Shown piece after piece: positions 37,365-46,585 of a stretch of DNA of 64,000 nucleotides (position 1 is the stretch's first letter; the number at the start of each line of letters is the position of its first letter). The position numbers and the translations under genes were made by a program. The stretch comes from a virus (taxonomy: Duplodnaviria; Caudoviricetes), in IMG/VR virus record IMGVR_UViG_3300033074_001936, positions 30,915 through 94,914 of that record; one strand, 5' to 3'. The notes beneath the pieces were generated by a model. It had not been told where the DNA came from and made no database searches. It saw only the letters and a program-made list of their open reading frames with translations.

Positions 37365-38255
37365 TTAGACCTCCGCCGCCGCGCGGGATCGCCGCGCCCG
37401 CTTGATCGCCTGCACGGCGGGCTCGAGGGCCGCGTTCGACATGCCGTCGAACTCGAGCTGCGCGGGGCGCTTCGTCCGCGCCCCCCGCTTGGAAACCGCG
37501 CGCCCGCGCGCCGCCTCCTCCTCGGGCGCGAGGTCGACCGCCCGGCCGGACGCTCGCGGCGCCTTCCCGGGCAGGACCGCGGTGTCATCCAGGTCCAGGA
37601 ATGCCGTTCGCGCCTGGTTGATCTTCTTGATCGCCTCCTTGTCGATGGCCTGCCCAGCCTCCTCTCCGGCCTTGATGATCTTGCGGGCGGACATGCGCGC
37701 TGCGTCGATGGCGACCTTCACCCGGTCGGCAGCCTCGGGTGTGAGCATGGCTCCGACAGAGCGGGCGCGGTTGGCGGCATCGCGGACCTTCTTGACATCG
37801 AGCTCTTTGATGCCCGCCGCCATCTCGCGCATGAGGTCGCGCACCTCCGAGTTGATGGCGCGCACCGCCTCGACATCATCTTGAGCGACGCGGCCCACGA
37901 TCACATAGATCGACAGCTCGGTGACGCGGGAGCCTTTATTGAACTCATCGGCGATGGCTCGCGCCTTCGCGATGCCGGTGCGCAAGTCATCCTCCCACGC
38001 GTTCGGGCATAGGAGACCAAACGATGTTCGCGAGCACACCGAAGCGATGGCGTGGCGCGCCTCCCCGCGCGCCTTGACCGCGCGGGCGAGCTCGGCTTTG
38101 TTCTTGACTGTGCGCTCGGTCTCCCACCGGGCGCGGGTCTCGTCTGCGCCGACGTTATGTTCCGCCTCGATGTCGCGCGTTTGATACGTCACGTTGCCGC
38201 GGATCGAAGTCTTGAGGCCGACCAGGAGGCCGGGCCGCATGGTGCTGATGGTCAT
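37365..38255 (-). CDS. Hypothetical helical protein near the AAA ATPase
   Basis: AGGAG RBS; 296 aa with typical codon usage. Confidence 0.75.
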   Translation of the reverse strand: MTISTMRPGLLVGLKTSIRGNVTYQTRDIEAEHNVGADETRARWETERTVKNKAELARAVKARGEARHAIASVCSRTSFGLLCPNAWEDDLRTGIAKARAIADEFNKGSRVTELSIYVIVGRVAQDDVEAVRAINSEVRDLMREMAAGIKELDVKKVRDAANRARSVGAMLTPEAADRVKVAIDAARMSARKIIKAGEEAGQAIDKEAIKKINQARTAFLDLDDTAVLPGKAPRASGRAVDLAPEEEAARGRAVSKRGARTKRPAQLEFDGMSNAALEPAVQAIKRARRSRAAAEV

Positions 38256-38291
38256 TTTTGTAATCTCCTGTTGGTGATGAAGTTTTTCGAT

Positions 38292-38504
38292 TTAGACGCG
38301 CTTGGAAGTTGCGCGGGGAGTAGGGGCTGATGCAACTTGCACCAGCGTCAAGTATGCGCCGCCATAGTTCGGCGCATGCGGCGTCACCGCGTCGGGATAG
38401 GGTCCGTAGCGGTTGATCATGGCCTGGCATCGGGCCTCGCGCTCATTCGCGGCGGTGACGGTGGTGATGTGACCATCGGCGTGGCGGAAATAGTAGGTGT
38501 TCAT
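38292..38504 (-). CDS. Small hypothetical protein
   Basis: GGGAG RBS. Confidence 0.55.
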   Translation of the reverse strand: MNTYYFRHADGHITTVTAANEREARCQAMINRYGPYPDAVTPHAPNYGGAYLTLVQVASAPTPRATSKRV

Positions 38505-38531
38505 TTTTGGTTTCTCCCTTGGGTTGCGAGA

Positions 38532-39095
38532 TCAGATGTCGATGCTCCGGCCGCGGCGCGCGGACCGGTCGTTGGCTCGGGACTCGACGCTGCTGGCGAA
38601 CCGCGCGCGCCCCTCGGCCCACTTGCGCAGGCGCTCGATCTTCTCTGCCGCTGTGTCCGCGAGTGGGACGACAGTTGCGGCCGCCTCGAGGAGGTCAGCC
38701 GTCTTGACCTCCCGGCAGTCATCGGCGAACGCCGCGAACATGGCGTCCGGGACAATCGCGGCGATCTCGGCGCCGGTGAACCGGTCGCACTTCGCCGCGA
38801 TTGCGCGCAGCGCCGTGGTGGCGATGACATTCTCCGAGCGATTATTCGCCCGGAGCGCCGCCACGAGGATGGCCTCGCGCTCCTCGAGGGTCGGAAGATC
38901 GACCCACCAGACGTCATCGAAGCGCCCCTTGCGCAAGAGCTCGGGCGGCAACCCCTCGACATCATTGGCGGTGGCGATCACAAATGCCTCACCCTCGCGC
39001 TCCTGCATCCAGCTCAGGATCGCCCCGAGTGCGTCCGCGGAGACCCCGCCGTCGGCGGCGCCGGAAGTCGCCCCCTGCAGTGCTTTTTCGACTTC
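38532..39095 (-). CDS. AAA ATPase (Ycf46-like), exon 2
   Basis: EVEKAL..., LSWMQE, ATAN, LPPELLRKGRFD, FTGAEI. Confidence 0.92.
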   Translation of the reverse strand, partial: EVEKALQGATSGAADGGVSADALGAILSWMQEREGEAFVIATANDVEGLPPELLRKGRFDDVWWVDLPTLEEREAILVAALRANNRSENVIATTALRAIAAKCDRFTGAEIAAIVPDAMFAAFADDCREVKTADLLEAAATVVPLADTAAEKIERLRKWAEGRARFASSVESRANDRSARRGRSIDI

Positions 39096-39918
39096 CAGTT
39101 GTGTTGCGCCGCAGCCGAAACCGCTACGGCTCTTCGGTTCTGGCCGAAGCTCGGACCATATCATCTGACCTGCCGTGAACGATGCTGTAGCACTTCCAGC
39201 AGAACCCTTTGGCGTTGTGGGTTCGCTCAGTAGTGCCACATCTTCGGCACTGGTCGAAGTCGCGCGCCCAGCGATCCAAGACTCGGTGCACGCGCTGGTG
39301 GCAGCGCCGGCAAAGAGTCTGAAGATTTCGCATGGAGTTATTTGGGCGCTTCGAGCCTCTGCCGTTGCCATCTTTGTGATGAACCACTAGCTGCTTTTTA
39401 CTTCCGCACTCAGTGCAGCAGTAGCCGTCGCGCTTTAGGACGGCTTCCCGCTTCCCACTGAAGTGCTCCTCCTCCCGCTTCAGTTTGTTTAGTATTCTGA
39501 GGCGGGCGAAGTTCCGTTGTCTCCAAGCCTCGATTTGAGCAGTAACTCTCTCGAGGTTGGCCGCGCGGTACGCTGATAGGTAGCAGTAGCGGCACTTACC
39601 TTTCGCCATGTGCGGGCGATCGGTACGTTCACAAACAACGCATCGTTCGTATCGTCGGTTCCACATGAAAAAGATTTTTTCATATTCCCGCGACATTTGC
39701 AAACCAGCCGGGCGCTTCGGAACCTCTTGGTTCCTACTCCTTCGCAGGATGGTCTCTGAACCTTCCCCGGTTCTCGGGGCTTGGCTGCTGATTGCCCGCT
39801 CTCGTGAATTTTCAAGCATTCGCGTTTGTCGTTCCTGACTGCGCTGTAGCTTCACGAGTTCAGATCGGGGTTTCCAGCAATTCACCCGGTTTATTTTACG
39901 GCTGGACTCAAGTCGTTA
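39096..39918 (-). mobile_element. Group I intron (IA2-like), 823 nt
   Basis: P1 GCUGGAU/GUCCAGC with U-G at the splice site; P GAAUUGCUGGAAA; Q AAUCAGCAG; R GUUCAGAGACCAU; S GAUAUGGUCC; P7.1 and P7.2 hairpins; terminal G; P10 CGACUU/AAGUCG; splicing restores VVWLD-EVEK. Confidence 0.95.
39124..39696 (-). CDS. Intron-encoded HNH homing endonuclease
   Basis: RDGYCCTECG...VHHKDGN...NN...NLQTLCRRCHQRVH, flanked by two Cys/His zinc-finger-like repeats; lies between the R and S elements. Confidence 0.9.
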   Translation of the reverse strand: MSREYEKIFFMWNRRYERCVVCERTDRPHMAKGKCRYCYLSAYRAANLERVTAQIEAWRQRNFARLRILNKLKREEEHFSGKREAVLKRDGYCCTECGSKKQLVVHHKDGNGRGSKRPNNSMRNLQTLCRRCHQRVHRVLDRWARDFDQCRRCGTTERTHNAKGFCWKCYSIVHGRSDDMVRASARTEEP

Positions 39919-41007
39919 ATCCAGCCAGACCACGCAGCGCCCGATGGCCTCGATGACGCGCAGGGCGCGCCGCAGATTGCCCTCGGACTCGCCGACGAAC
40001 TTCGACTTGAGCGCCCCCAGGTCGAGGCGCAGGAGGGGGACGCCCCATGCCGTCGCGATGGCCTTGGCCGTGAGCGACTTGCCGCAGCCGGGCACCCCGA
40101 CGAGGAGAGCGCCCTTGGGCGGCAGCAGCCCATACTTGCGTGCCCGCGGGCTGTACGCCGCCGCCCGCGAGATCAGCCACGCCTTGAGGTTGTCGAGGCC
40201 CCCGATGGCATCAAGCCCGTCGGGGATCGGATCATGCCACTCGAGGATGCGCTCTCGCGCGATGACCCGCTTCTTCTCGGCGGCAACCGTCGCCGGGATG
40301 ATCTGCCGGGACTGGACGAGTGATTTGGCGTAGCACGCCTGCGCCTCCTCCCCTGTCAGCCCGACCGTCGCATCGATGGCGGCCTCGCGAGCGCCCTTGC
40401 CGAGGGCGCGGGCGCGCACACCATCCGGGAGTGCCTCCACCGCCGCGTCGAGGATGTCGCCGATCTCGGTGCGATCGGGCAGCGGCCACTCGATAGCCGT
40501 TGCGGAGGTCGCGAGCTCCGGGGGGATGTCGCCACCGGCCGACAGCACGATAATCGCCTGCGCATACTCCCGCGGCGCCGCAGGCAGCGCGCGGGTCAAG
40601 TTGCGCAGGGCCCGCAGCGGCGCGGCTCCGGTCAGGTCGCGCAGCCACGGGGCGAGGTCGCGCATGATCCAGACTGCCCGCTCGGCCCCGCCGCTTGATG
40701 CGCGAGCTTGAATGACTCCGAGCATGTCGCCCGGGTCAGTCCCCGCGCCGCCGAGCCCGGGGATGACATTTCCCGCGATGGTCCGGGCGCCCTGCGCGAT
40801 GTCCCACGTGTAGGGAACGTAGCCGGCCGACGCCGCCGCCTCGACCAAGTATTGCTCAACGCGGGCCTCCTCGCGGGTGGTCACCCATAGGAGCGGGTTG
40901 CGGGCGCGCAGCAGCGCCGCGACGTCGGCGGCGGCCTTCTCGCTGCGGGAGAGCGGGCTCGGGGCGGCGGCCTCGCGGGCCGGCTTTGTCTTCGCGATAA
41001 CAGTCAT
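39919..41007 (-). CDS. AAA ATPase (Ycf46-like), exon 1
   Basis: TREEAR, IGGLDNLKAWL, Walker A GVPGCGKS, KFVGESE; ends at VVWLD; spliced product 550 aa. Confidence 0.92.
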
Positions 41008-41044
41008 TCCAAAAATCTCCTATGCTGGCTTGTGTTGGTGGGGT

Positions 41045-41356
41045 TCAGGGATGAGAAAGCGCGACCGCCGTTTCAACTAATGTTAGCGCATCAGGCCATA
41101 CTACTAAGTGATTGCCAATTGGAACCGCATCATCTTGATGATCGCTTGCGTAAACTTTAACGGCGATTGGCTTATTTTTATACTCCTCACAAAGGAAACT
41201 TACGGCCCCCTCGGGCGTATCATCTTGCACAATTTTTATGACAGATGCAGCGCCGATTTCATGACCAATCTCGAACATGATTGCGCGCCAGCTGTCATCT
41301 TGCATTCGCTCAAGGGTGATAGCAAGCGTAAACTGCTCGTCCATTTTTTCCTCCAT
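41045..41356 (-). CDS. Acidic hypothetical protein (AT-rich)
   Basis: Open frame directly after the upstream stop; visibly lower GC. Confidence 0.55.
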   Translation of the reverse strand: MEEKMDEQFTLAITLERMQDDSWRAIMFEIGHEIGAASVIKIVQDDTPEGAVSFLCEEYKNKPIAVKVYASDHQDDAVPIGNHLVVWPDALTLVETAVALSHP

Positions 41357-41647
41357 TTACTCATAATGCGGACGCTGGGTGGGATAATGGACCGGCGCAG
41401 CATCTTCGTAGACGCAGGCGGCGAACCGCCCGCCGCGGTAGATCACGCTCGATACGGGAGGCAAGCGCCTTTGCAGGCGCTCGAGCAGGCGATTGGCGCG
41501 CTGCGCCAGTCGCGCCGCTTCATCTTCCGACGCGGGGCGGCGCCGGAGAATGCGCACGCGATCACCCCGCTCGTACCACCATCCACCCTCCTCGGGGCCG
41601 CCGTAGACGAGCTCGATCTCGTAGAACGCGACGATGTATACCATCAT
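41357..41647 (-). CDS. Conserved hypothetical early protein
   Basis: AGGAG RBS; YGGPEEGGWWY motif. Confidence 0.7.
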   Translation of the reverse strand: MMVYIVAFYEIELVYGGPEEGGWWYERGDRVRILRRRPASEDEAARLAQRANRLLERLQRRLPPVSSVIYRGGRFAACVYEDAAPVHYPTQRPHYE

Positions 41648-41892
41648 AGCTCTCCTGTTTCGTTTCGATGATCCTCGGGTCGGTCGGCCGCCGGCTCGAA
41701 TGTGGTGCGGCTGAGGAGCCAAAACATTGAGTCGAGCGCGGCGAGCTCACCCGCGCGGCGCGCTTCCTCCTTCTGCGTGCGGGCCGCGGGGCGGCGCGCC
41801 GCTATCTGCTGGCGTCGTTGGACCTCCGTCCTGATTGCGGCGACGGCCTGCTCGGGCGAGTCCGCCCGTATTACGAAAGTGATCTCCGACAT
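41644..41892 (-). CDS. Hypothetical protein
   Basis: AAGGAGG RBS. Confidence 0.6.
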   Translation of the reverse strand: MSEITFVIRADSPEQAVAAIRTEVQRRQQIAARRPAARTQKEEARRAGELAALDSMFWLLSRTTFEPAADRPEDHRNETGEL

Positions 41893-41907
41893 TTTTGCTC
41901 TCCTCCT

Positions 41908-42162
41908 TCACTCGCCGGGTATGGTGAATCGGCGGTGCATGTCGTAATCGTGGATGCTCTCAGCGGCGGCAGAATAAACCCGCGCGACGCAATCGACATC
42001 GCCCGGCACTCCATTGTGGTCGTAGGTCGCGGAAAAACTCTCGATTGCTGCGTAGAGGTCGGTGATGCCAGCCCAGTACGTCATGGTCCCGTCGCTGATG
42101 GCGATGCAGGGCTCCCCGAGCATGTCGGTCTCGGACCAGTCGATGCGGCGGATAGTGGTCAT
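41908..42162 (-). CDS. Hypothetical protein
   Basis: AAGGAGG RBS. Confidence 0.6.
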   Translation of the reverse strand: MTTIRRIDWSETDMLGEPCIAISDGTMTYWAGITDLYAAIESFSATYDHNGVPGDVDCVARVYSAAAESIHDYDMHRRFTIPGE

Positions 42163-42434
42163 TGCTCTCCTCCTTTGCGGACTTCGCGGAATTGTGGGAT
42201 TGTGGGATTCTTCCGCCTGCGGGGTCGCAGGCGGGGAGCCGGGTATCCCCGGTAGGTGTCACGATCGGTCGCGGGGTCCGCGGCCGGAAGCATGTTTGTG
42301 CGGGCGAGTTCTTCTTCCCGCTCGCGCAGAACCCGGAGGCGCATTTCCTCCATGCGCTCCGGCCCGAGCCGGCCCCTCATGCGGCGCCAGCCGGGGCCGC
42401 CGGACTGATCGCTCTGGTCGCGGGAACCGCTCAT
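42159..42434 (-). CDS. Hypothetical protein
   Basis: GGAGG RBS; ATGA overlaps. Confidence 0.5.
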   Translation of the reverse strand: MSGSRDQSDQSGGPGWRRMRGRLGPERMEEMRLRVLREREEELARTNMLPAADPATDRDTYRGYPAPRLRPRRRKNPTIPQFREVRKGGEQ

Positions 42435-43102
42435 TTCTTCTTCCCTCCCTTCTTCGCGGGCTTCGGGGCCGCCGCGGGCTCGACCGCGATCCGCCCCTTG
42501 CGCGAGTCGTAGACCAGGTAGTCAACGGGGCGCAGCTTGCCGGGGCAGGCGCCGGCCGTGGCCTTCTTGAACGCCGCCACCGTCATCCCGGTACGGTACA
42601 TTTCGAATACTGCGTGCGCCGCCGAGCCCTCCTTGCATGGGTTGCCTTCGACGAGCACCCGGATGATCGCGCTCGGGGCGAACAGCTCCTCGCGGCGCGG
42701 CTTCTTCGGCCGAAGCGCCCGGATCGCGCGCTTGGCGTTTCGGCCGTATTTTTCGTTGAGCTCAGCGACCCGCTCCTGGGTTCGAGCGTGTTTTTCCTCG
42801 GCGCGGCGGGCCTGGACCGCGTCCCAGTCTTCCCAAGACATTCCTTTCGGCTTGCGCCAGTCGACCCGCTCCGGCTCGGCGGACTGCCGGCCCATGAACG
42901 CGTCGATCCGGGCCTGCTCGGCCTTGGTCGGCTTCTTCCGGTTCTTGACCAACAAGAACTCCGGGATCGAGCCGTCCGCGGGCAGCGCGTACCGCGCCGC
43001 CCCGTTGGCCCCCTCCTTCGCCGCGCGGTTGAGCGCGGCGTTGGTCTTCTTCGACGTCGCGGGCGTCCCGATAGCCCGCTCCGCCGCGGAGTGCTTCGCC
43101 AT
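42431..43102 (-). CDS. Basic putative DNA-binding protein
   Basis: Lys/Arg-rich; C-terminal NP.K.GS.A...F..Y..G.TV...YD..KG.I domain. Confidence 0.65.
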   Translation of the reverse strand: MAKHSAAERAIGTPATSKKTNAALNRAAKEGANGAARYALPADGSIPEFLLVKNRKKPTKAEQARIDAFMGRQSAEPERVDWRKPKGMSWEDWDAVQARRAEEKHARTQERVAELNEKYGRNAKRAIRALRPKKPRREELFAPSAIIRVLVEGNPCKEGSAAHAVFEMYRTGMTVAAFKKATAGACPGKLRPVDYLVYDSRKGRIAVEPAAAPKPAKKGGKKK

Positions 43103-43466
43103 TACATTTCTCCCGTATCAATGAACCGCCTGCGGCGCCACTCAGCCTCGCTCCGCGTCATGCCGCTGTAACGCGCGATGCCGTCGATGATGAGGCACCA
43201 TTGGTAGCCATCATCTCCGCCGACTTGCCGGATGCGGGCGCGGTGCGTACGTTTGGTACTATTCACTTCCGCGCGTACATCTTTGACGCTCAAGGCACCG
43301 GAGTTGAGGTCATTTCGATAGGCGTTGGCTTTGGCCGCTGCGGCGCCGCGCTCATCTTCAGTCGAGTATCCGAGTTGAATGTGAGTGCGCCCAGTCGCGA
43401 TGGCATAAACTTCGTATTGGGCGGGCGCTTGATGCCGAACGGCATACTTTCGCTCGTACGTCAATT

Positions 43467-43652
43467 TCAACCCTCCTTCGCGTAGTGGTGGAGCGCGCCG
43501 GTGTTGCGGCTGCGGACCGCGACCGCGTACGCGGCGTCGCGCGCGTTGTCGAGCCGCTCGACCCGCCAAAACTGGTGCGCGTGGCAGTGGTCGCGCGCGT
43601 TGGTGCGCGCCCAACTCGAGGCGCGGAAGAAGTCCGCGAACGTGATAAACAT
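43467..43652 (-). CDS. Small hypothetical early protein
   Basis: GGGAG RBS; MFITFADFFRAS. Confidence 0.5.
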   Translation of the reverse strand: MFITFADFFRASSWARTNARDHCHAHQFWRVERLDNARDAAYAVAVRSRNTGALHHYAKEG

Positions 43653-43690
43653 AGTTGGTCTCCCTATTGCCATGTTGGGTGGGATTTTAC

Positions 43691-43936
43691 TCAGCGGCCG
43701 CAGGGCGGGGTGTAGAACTCGGAAGTCCCGTACTTCCCGACGCGGCGGTCGAGCAGCGGTTCACGCGGCGCGCGTTTATCGAACTTGACTTCCTTGATTA
43801 TCCACACCCGCCCGGTTTTGGAGCGGCGGTGTGCGTAGCCCCGCTTGGGGGAGTACGGGAGCAGTTCGGCTCGGTAGAGTAATTTGAAAGTGCGTAACCC
43901 ATCGAGGTCGCCGTTGTATTTTTCACCTTCCTTCAT
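43691..43936 (-). CDS. First leftward early gene (hypothetical)
   Basis: ATG about 10 nt downstream of the hammerhead; 81 aa. Confidence 0.45.
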   Translation of the reverse strand: MKEGEKYNGDLDGLRTFKLLYRAELLPYSPKRGYAHRRSKTGRVWIIKEVKFDKRAPREPLLDRRVGKYGTSEFYTPPCGR

Positions 43937-43946
43937 CTTTGAGTTC

Positions 43947-44009
43947 CGGGTTTCGGCCGCGTGCCGCGCGGCCATCATCAGGCGGGGGTAACTGGCTTCC
44001 CGCGACCCG
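43947..44009 (-). ncRNA. Type III hammerhead ribozyme
   Basis: CGGGUC / GCGGG-AAGCCAGUUACC-CCCGC / CUGAUGA-U / GGCCGCG-CGGCA-CGCGGCC / GAAA-CCCG: all three stems, full core and a GUC site. Confidence 0.85.
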
Positions 44010-44378
44010 CGAGGGCGCACCCGGTTGTTATCCCGGGGCCCTCGCGCCTCCTTCCGACAGCCCCGAGCCGCGTCTACTGAGCATGATCACTCGGGGGGCT
44101 GGCCGTGCGGGAGCGCGCCGTACTGCGGTCGCGGTGGACATTCGGGCTGCGTCGTTATGGGGGTCGAAGTTTCGTCGTGGACTACTATTCGCCCCGGCGC
44201 GTGCGCCCCGTCCGGCCGTTGCTTCTGCGTCGCGCCGTTCGCGCTCCGCTTACTGACCCGCCCCCGCCTACCGCGCTCGTCCTTGTTTATGTTCGTGCGG
44301 CCTCGCCGGGGGATGGCGCCTTTGTTTCCGCTTTCCGGGCTGGGGGCCCTGCGCGCCGGTTGGTCCGGGGAAGTCTTC

Positions 44379-44442
44379 TATCAATAATTTATACGGGAAA
44401 ACATGGAATATCAATAGTATACTTGGGGAAAAGTATACTTTT
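44379..44442 (-). promoter_or_regulatory. AT-rich leftward sigma70-like promoter with repeats
   Basis: Minus strand TTGATA (44414-44409), 17 bp, TAAATT (44391-44386); TATCAATA repeated 30 bp apart; palindrome AAAAGTATACTTTT at 44429-44442. Confidence 0.6.
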
Positions 44443-44904
44443 TTGGGCGGGCTGGGGCATTGAAAACAGTCAACTTTTCCCGGCCCGCCCCCGGGGAGCC
44501 CGGCTCGGGGGCCGGGTATGCCCCCATTTCCCCCGGGCGCCGGGGGCGGGGCGGGCGAGCCCCGCCCGGGGCCGCCGAGCGGGAAGGAGCCCCCGCATTA
44601 TGCGGACCCCACGATTGGTGCGGGGGGCAGGAAGGCTCGGACAATGGGACCCACCCCACGAGCAGGGTCGGCCGCATCGCCTCCACCTGGGTGGTCAAAA
44701 GAGGCGAGTGCTTACGCGACGGGTAGTAAGTCGCGCGGGGCACGGGCATCTCACCGGAGTAATGCGCGGTACTACTTGCGCATGATCCGGGGGAGGCCTG
44801 TGCCCCGCTCTGGGTAGGTCGGGGGTATGTAGGGGGCATGGGCATGGGAATGCCCTGGTAAACTTACACGCGGGCCGAAGTCTACGGGAGAAGGGCCGGG
44901 CAGA

Positions 44905-45108
44905 ATGAAACATCGAGTAAAGATTCCTCCGCGCCGCGTCGCCGTCCTCTGGGACCGATCCCTGCGCGGGACGGTGGTCGCGGAGGGGCCGAGTCAGACC
45001 GAGGTACGCCTCGACGGGGAGAAGACGAGCCGCATCTTCATCAACGGCGACTTGATCGGCCTGCGCCAGCGCGCGGTGCCGGCAAAGAAGAGGGAACTGA
45101 AAAGATGA
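44905..45108 (+). CDS. Small hypothetical protein
   Basis: First ORF of the right arm; ATGA overlap with thyX. Confidence 0.6.
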   Translation: MKHRVKIPPRRVAVLWDRSLRGTVVAEGPSQTEVRLDGEKTSRIFINGDLIGLRQRAVPAKKRELKR

Positions 45109-46040
45109 CCATCAGCGCGAAGGTGATCGCCGACAGCATCAGCCCGGAGGGCATCCGGCTGACCACACTCCAGCTCCGCTATCCCAAGTTCATCCACGGG
45201 GAATTCATGACGCATCGGGTATTCTCGCGCAACGCCTCCTCATCGCGCGCGATCCCTGTTGAGCGACTCATTAAGGACGTCATTGATGACCCGGTCTACC
45301 CGTCGTACTGGGGAAAGAATCAGCCGGGGATGCAGGCGCGCGAGGAGACCTCGGAGGAGCTCCGGGTCGGGTCGATACTCCTCACGAGTCGGGAGGTTTG
45401 GGATAAGGCCCGCGAGGAGGCGACTTGGTACGCCCGCGCGTTCGCCGACGCCGGCTACCACAAGCAGATCGTCAACCGCCTCCTCGAGCCGTTCTGCCAC
45501 ATCAATGTGGTGGTGACCGCGACCGAGTGGTCCAACTTCTTTGCCCTGCGCTGCCACCCCGACGCCCAGCCCGAGATGCGCATACTCGCCGAGGCCATGC
45601 GCAACGCCATGTCCGCGAGCGCGCCGAAGCTCCTGCACCCGGGGCAGTGGCACCTCCCGTACTTCGACCCCGGGAAGGATGATGTCGGCAACTGGCTCGG
45701 GAGCCGGATGAAGCCGATCGAGCTCGCGCAAGAGACCAGCATCAAGATCTCGGTCGCTCGCTGCGCGCGGGTCTCCTACTCGACCCGGGACGGCGCGCGC
45801 TCCGGGGTCGAGGAGGACCTCGCCCTGTACCAGCGCCTGGTCGGCGCGCAGCCGATCCACGCGTCCCCCGCCGAGCACCAGGCGACCCCGGACCGGTGGC
45901 TCGACGGCGCCCGCGACCTCGGCTTTGTCGAGGGCTCGGCGGGCGCAAGGAACTCGTCCGGCTGGGAGCGGGCCGACCTGCACGGCAACCTCCGCGGCTG
46001 GATACAGTACCGGAAGACTTTACCCGGCGAGTGCCAGTGA
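45105..46040 (+). CDS. thyX: FAD-dependent thymidylate synthase
   Basis: EFMTHRVFSRNASSSRAIP, HKQIVNRLLEPF, NFFALR, AQPEM, SVARCARVSY, HASPAEH. Confidence 0.92.
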   Translation: MTISAKVIADSISPEGIRLTTLQLRYPKFIHGEFMTHRVFSRNASSSRAIPVERLIKDVIDDPVYPSYWGKNQPGMQAREETSEELRVGSILLTSREVWDKAREEATWYARAFADAGYHKQIVNRLLEPFCHINVVVTATEWSNFFALRCHPDAQPEMRILAEAMRNAMSASAPKLLHPGQWHLPYFDPGKDDVGNWLGSRMKPIELAQETSIKISVARCARVSYSTRDGARSGVEEDLALYQRLVGAQPIHASPAEHQATPDRWLDGARDLGFVEGSAGARNSSGWERADLHGNLRGWIQYRKTLPGECQ

Positions 46041-46585
46041 CCGAGGCCTACGACCGCGTCGTGGCGGCGATCCCGCACTTGACCCCCGCCGAGCGCGACC
46101 GCATCGTGGCGCGCCTCAGGGCGCTCCAGTCGCTCGCGCCCTCGCAGTCCCTCGTCGGCGCGTCGGGCTCCTTTCCCGAGGAGGCCGCGGCCCCCGACGC
46201 GGGCGCCGAGCTCCTCGCCGCGATCGCGGACCAGGTCCTCCGGGCGAGCGGGGAGCGGGTCTCCCTCGCCGCGCTGCGCCGGGCGCCGGGGTTCCGGGCA
46301 TTCGCCCGGAAGGCGCAAGAGCTCGAGGCATTCGCGGCCGGCGCGGGGGTCCGCTCGCGCCCGGCCCGGCGCGCCCTCCTCGCGATCGGGCTCGACCTCC
46401 TCCACCGGGACCTGCGCGCGGCGGGCTTCTCGGTCAGCGCCCGGACCCTGATGTCCTGCGCGCACCAGGTTCCCGGAGTCCTCGACAAGGCGTTCCCCGG
46501 CTACGCGCGGGCGGGCCTCCTCGGGATGGTGGTGGGCGAGGGCCTGCCCCATTCCCGGCGGGCCGCGAGACGGGAGGACTCATGA
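46037..46585 (+). CDS. Hypothetical protein
   Basis: GTGA overlap; C-terminal LDKAFPGYARAGLL. Confidence 0.65.
   Translation: MTEAYDRVVAAIPHLTPAERDRIVARLRALQSLAPSQSLVGASGSFPEEAAAPDAGAELLAAIADQVLRASGERVSLAALRRAPGFRAFARKAQELEAFAAGAGVRSRPARRALLAIGLDLLHRDLRAAGFSVSARTLMSCAHQVPGVLDKAFPGYARAGLLGMVVGEGLPHSRRAARREDS

Noticed and set aside
39697-39885. GTG start at 39885 for the HNH protein
   Set aside because: These codons are the ribozyme core elements; ATG 39696 or 39666 is more plausible
38532-41007. AAA ATPase as a pseudogene or two separate genes, including the first 92 aa of ORF 38532..39371
   Set aside because: The gap is a group I intron, and the extension is intron sequence
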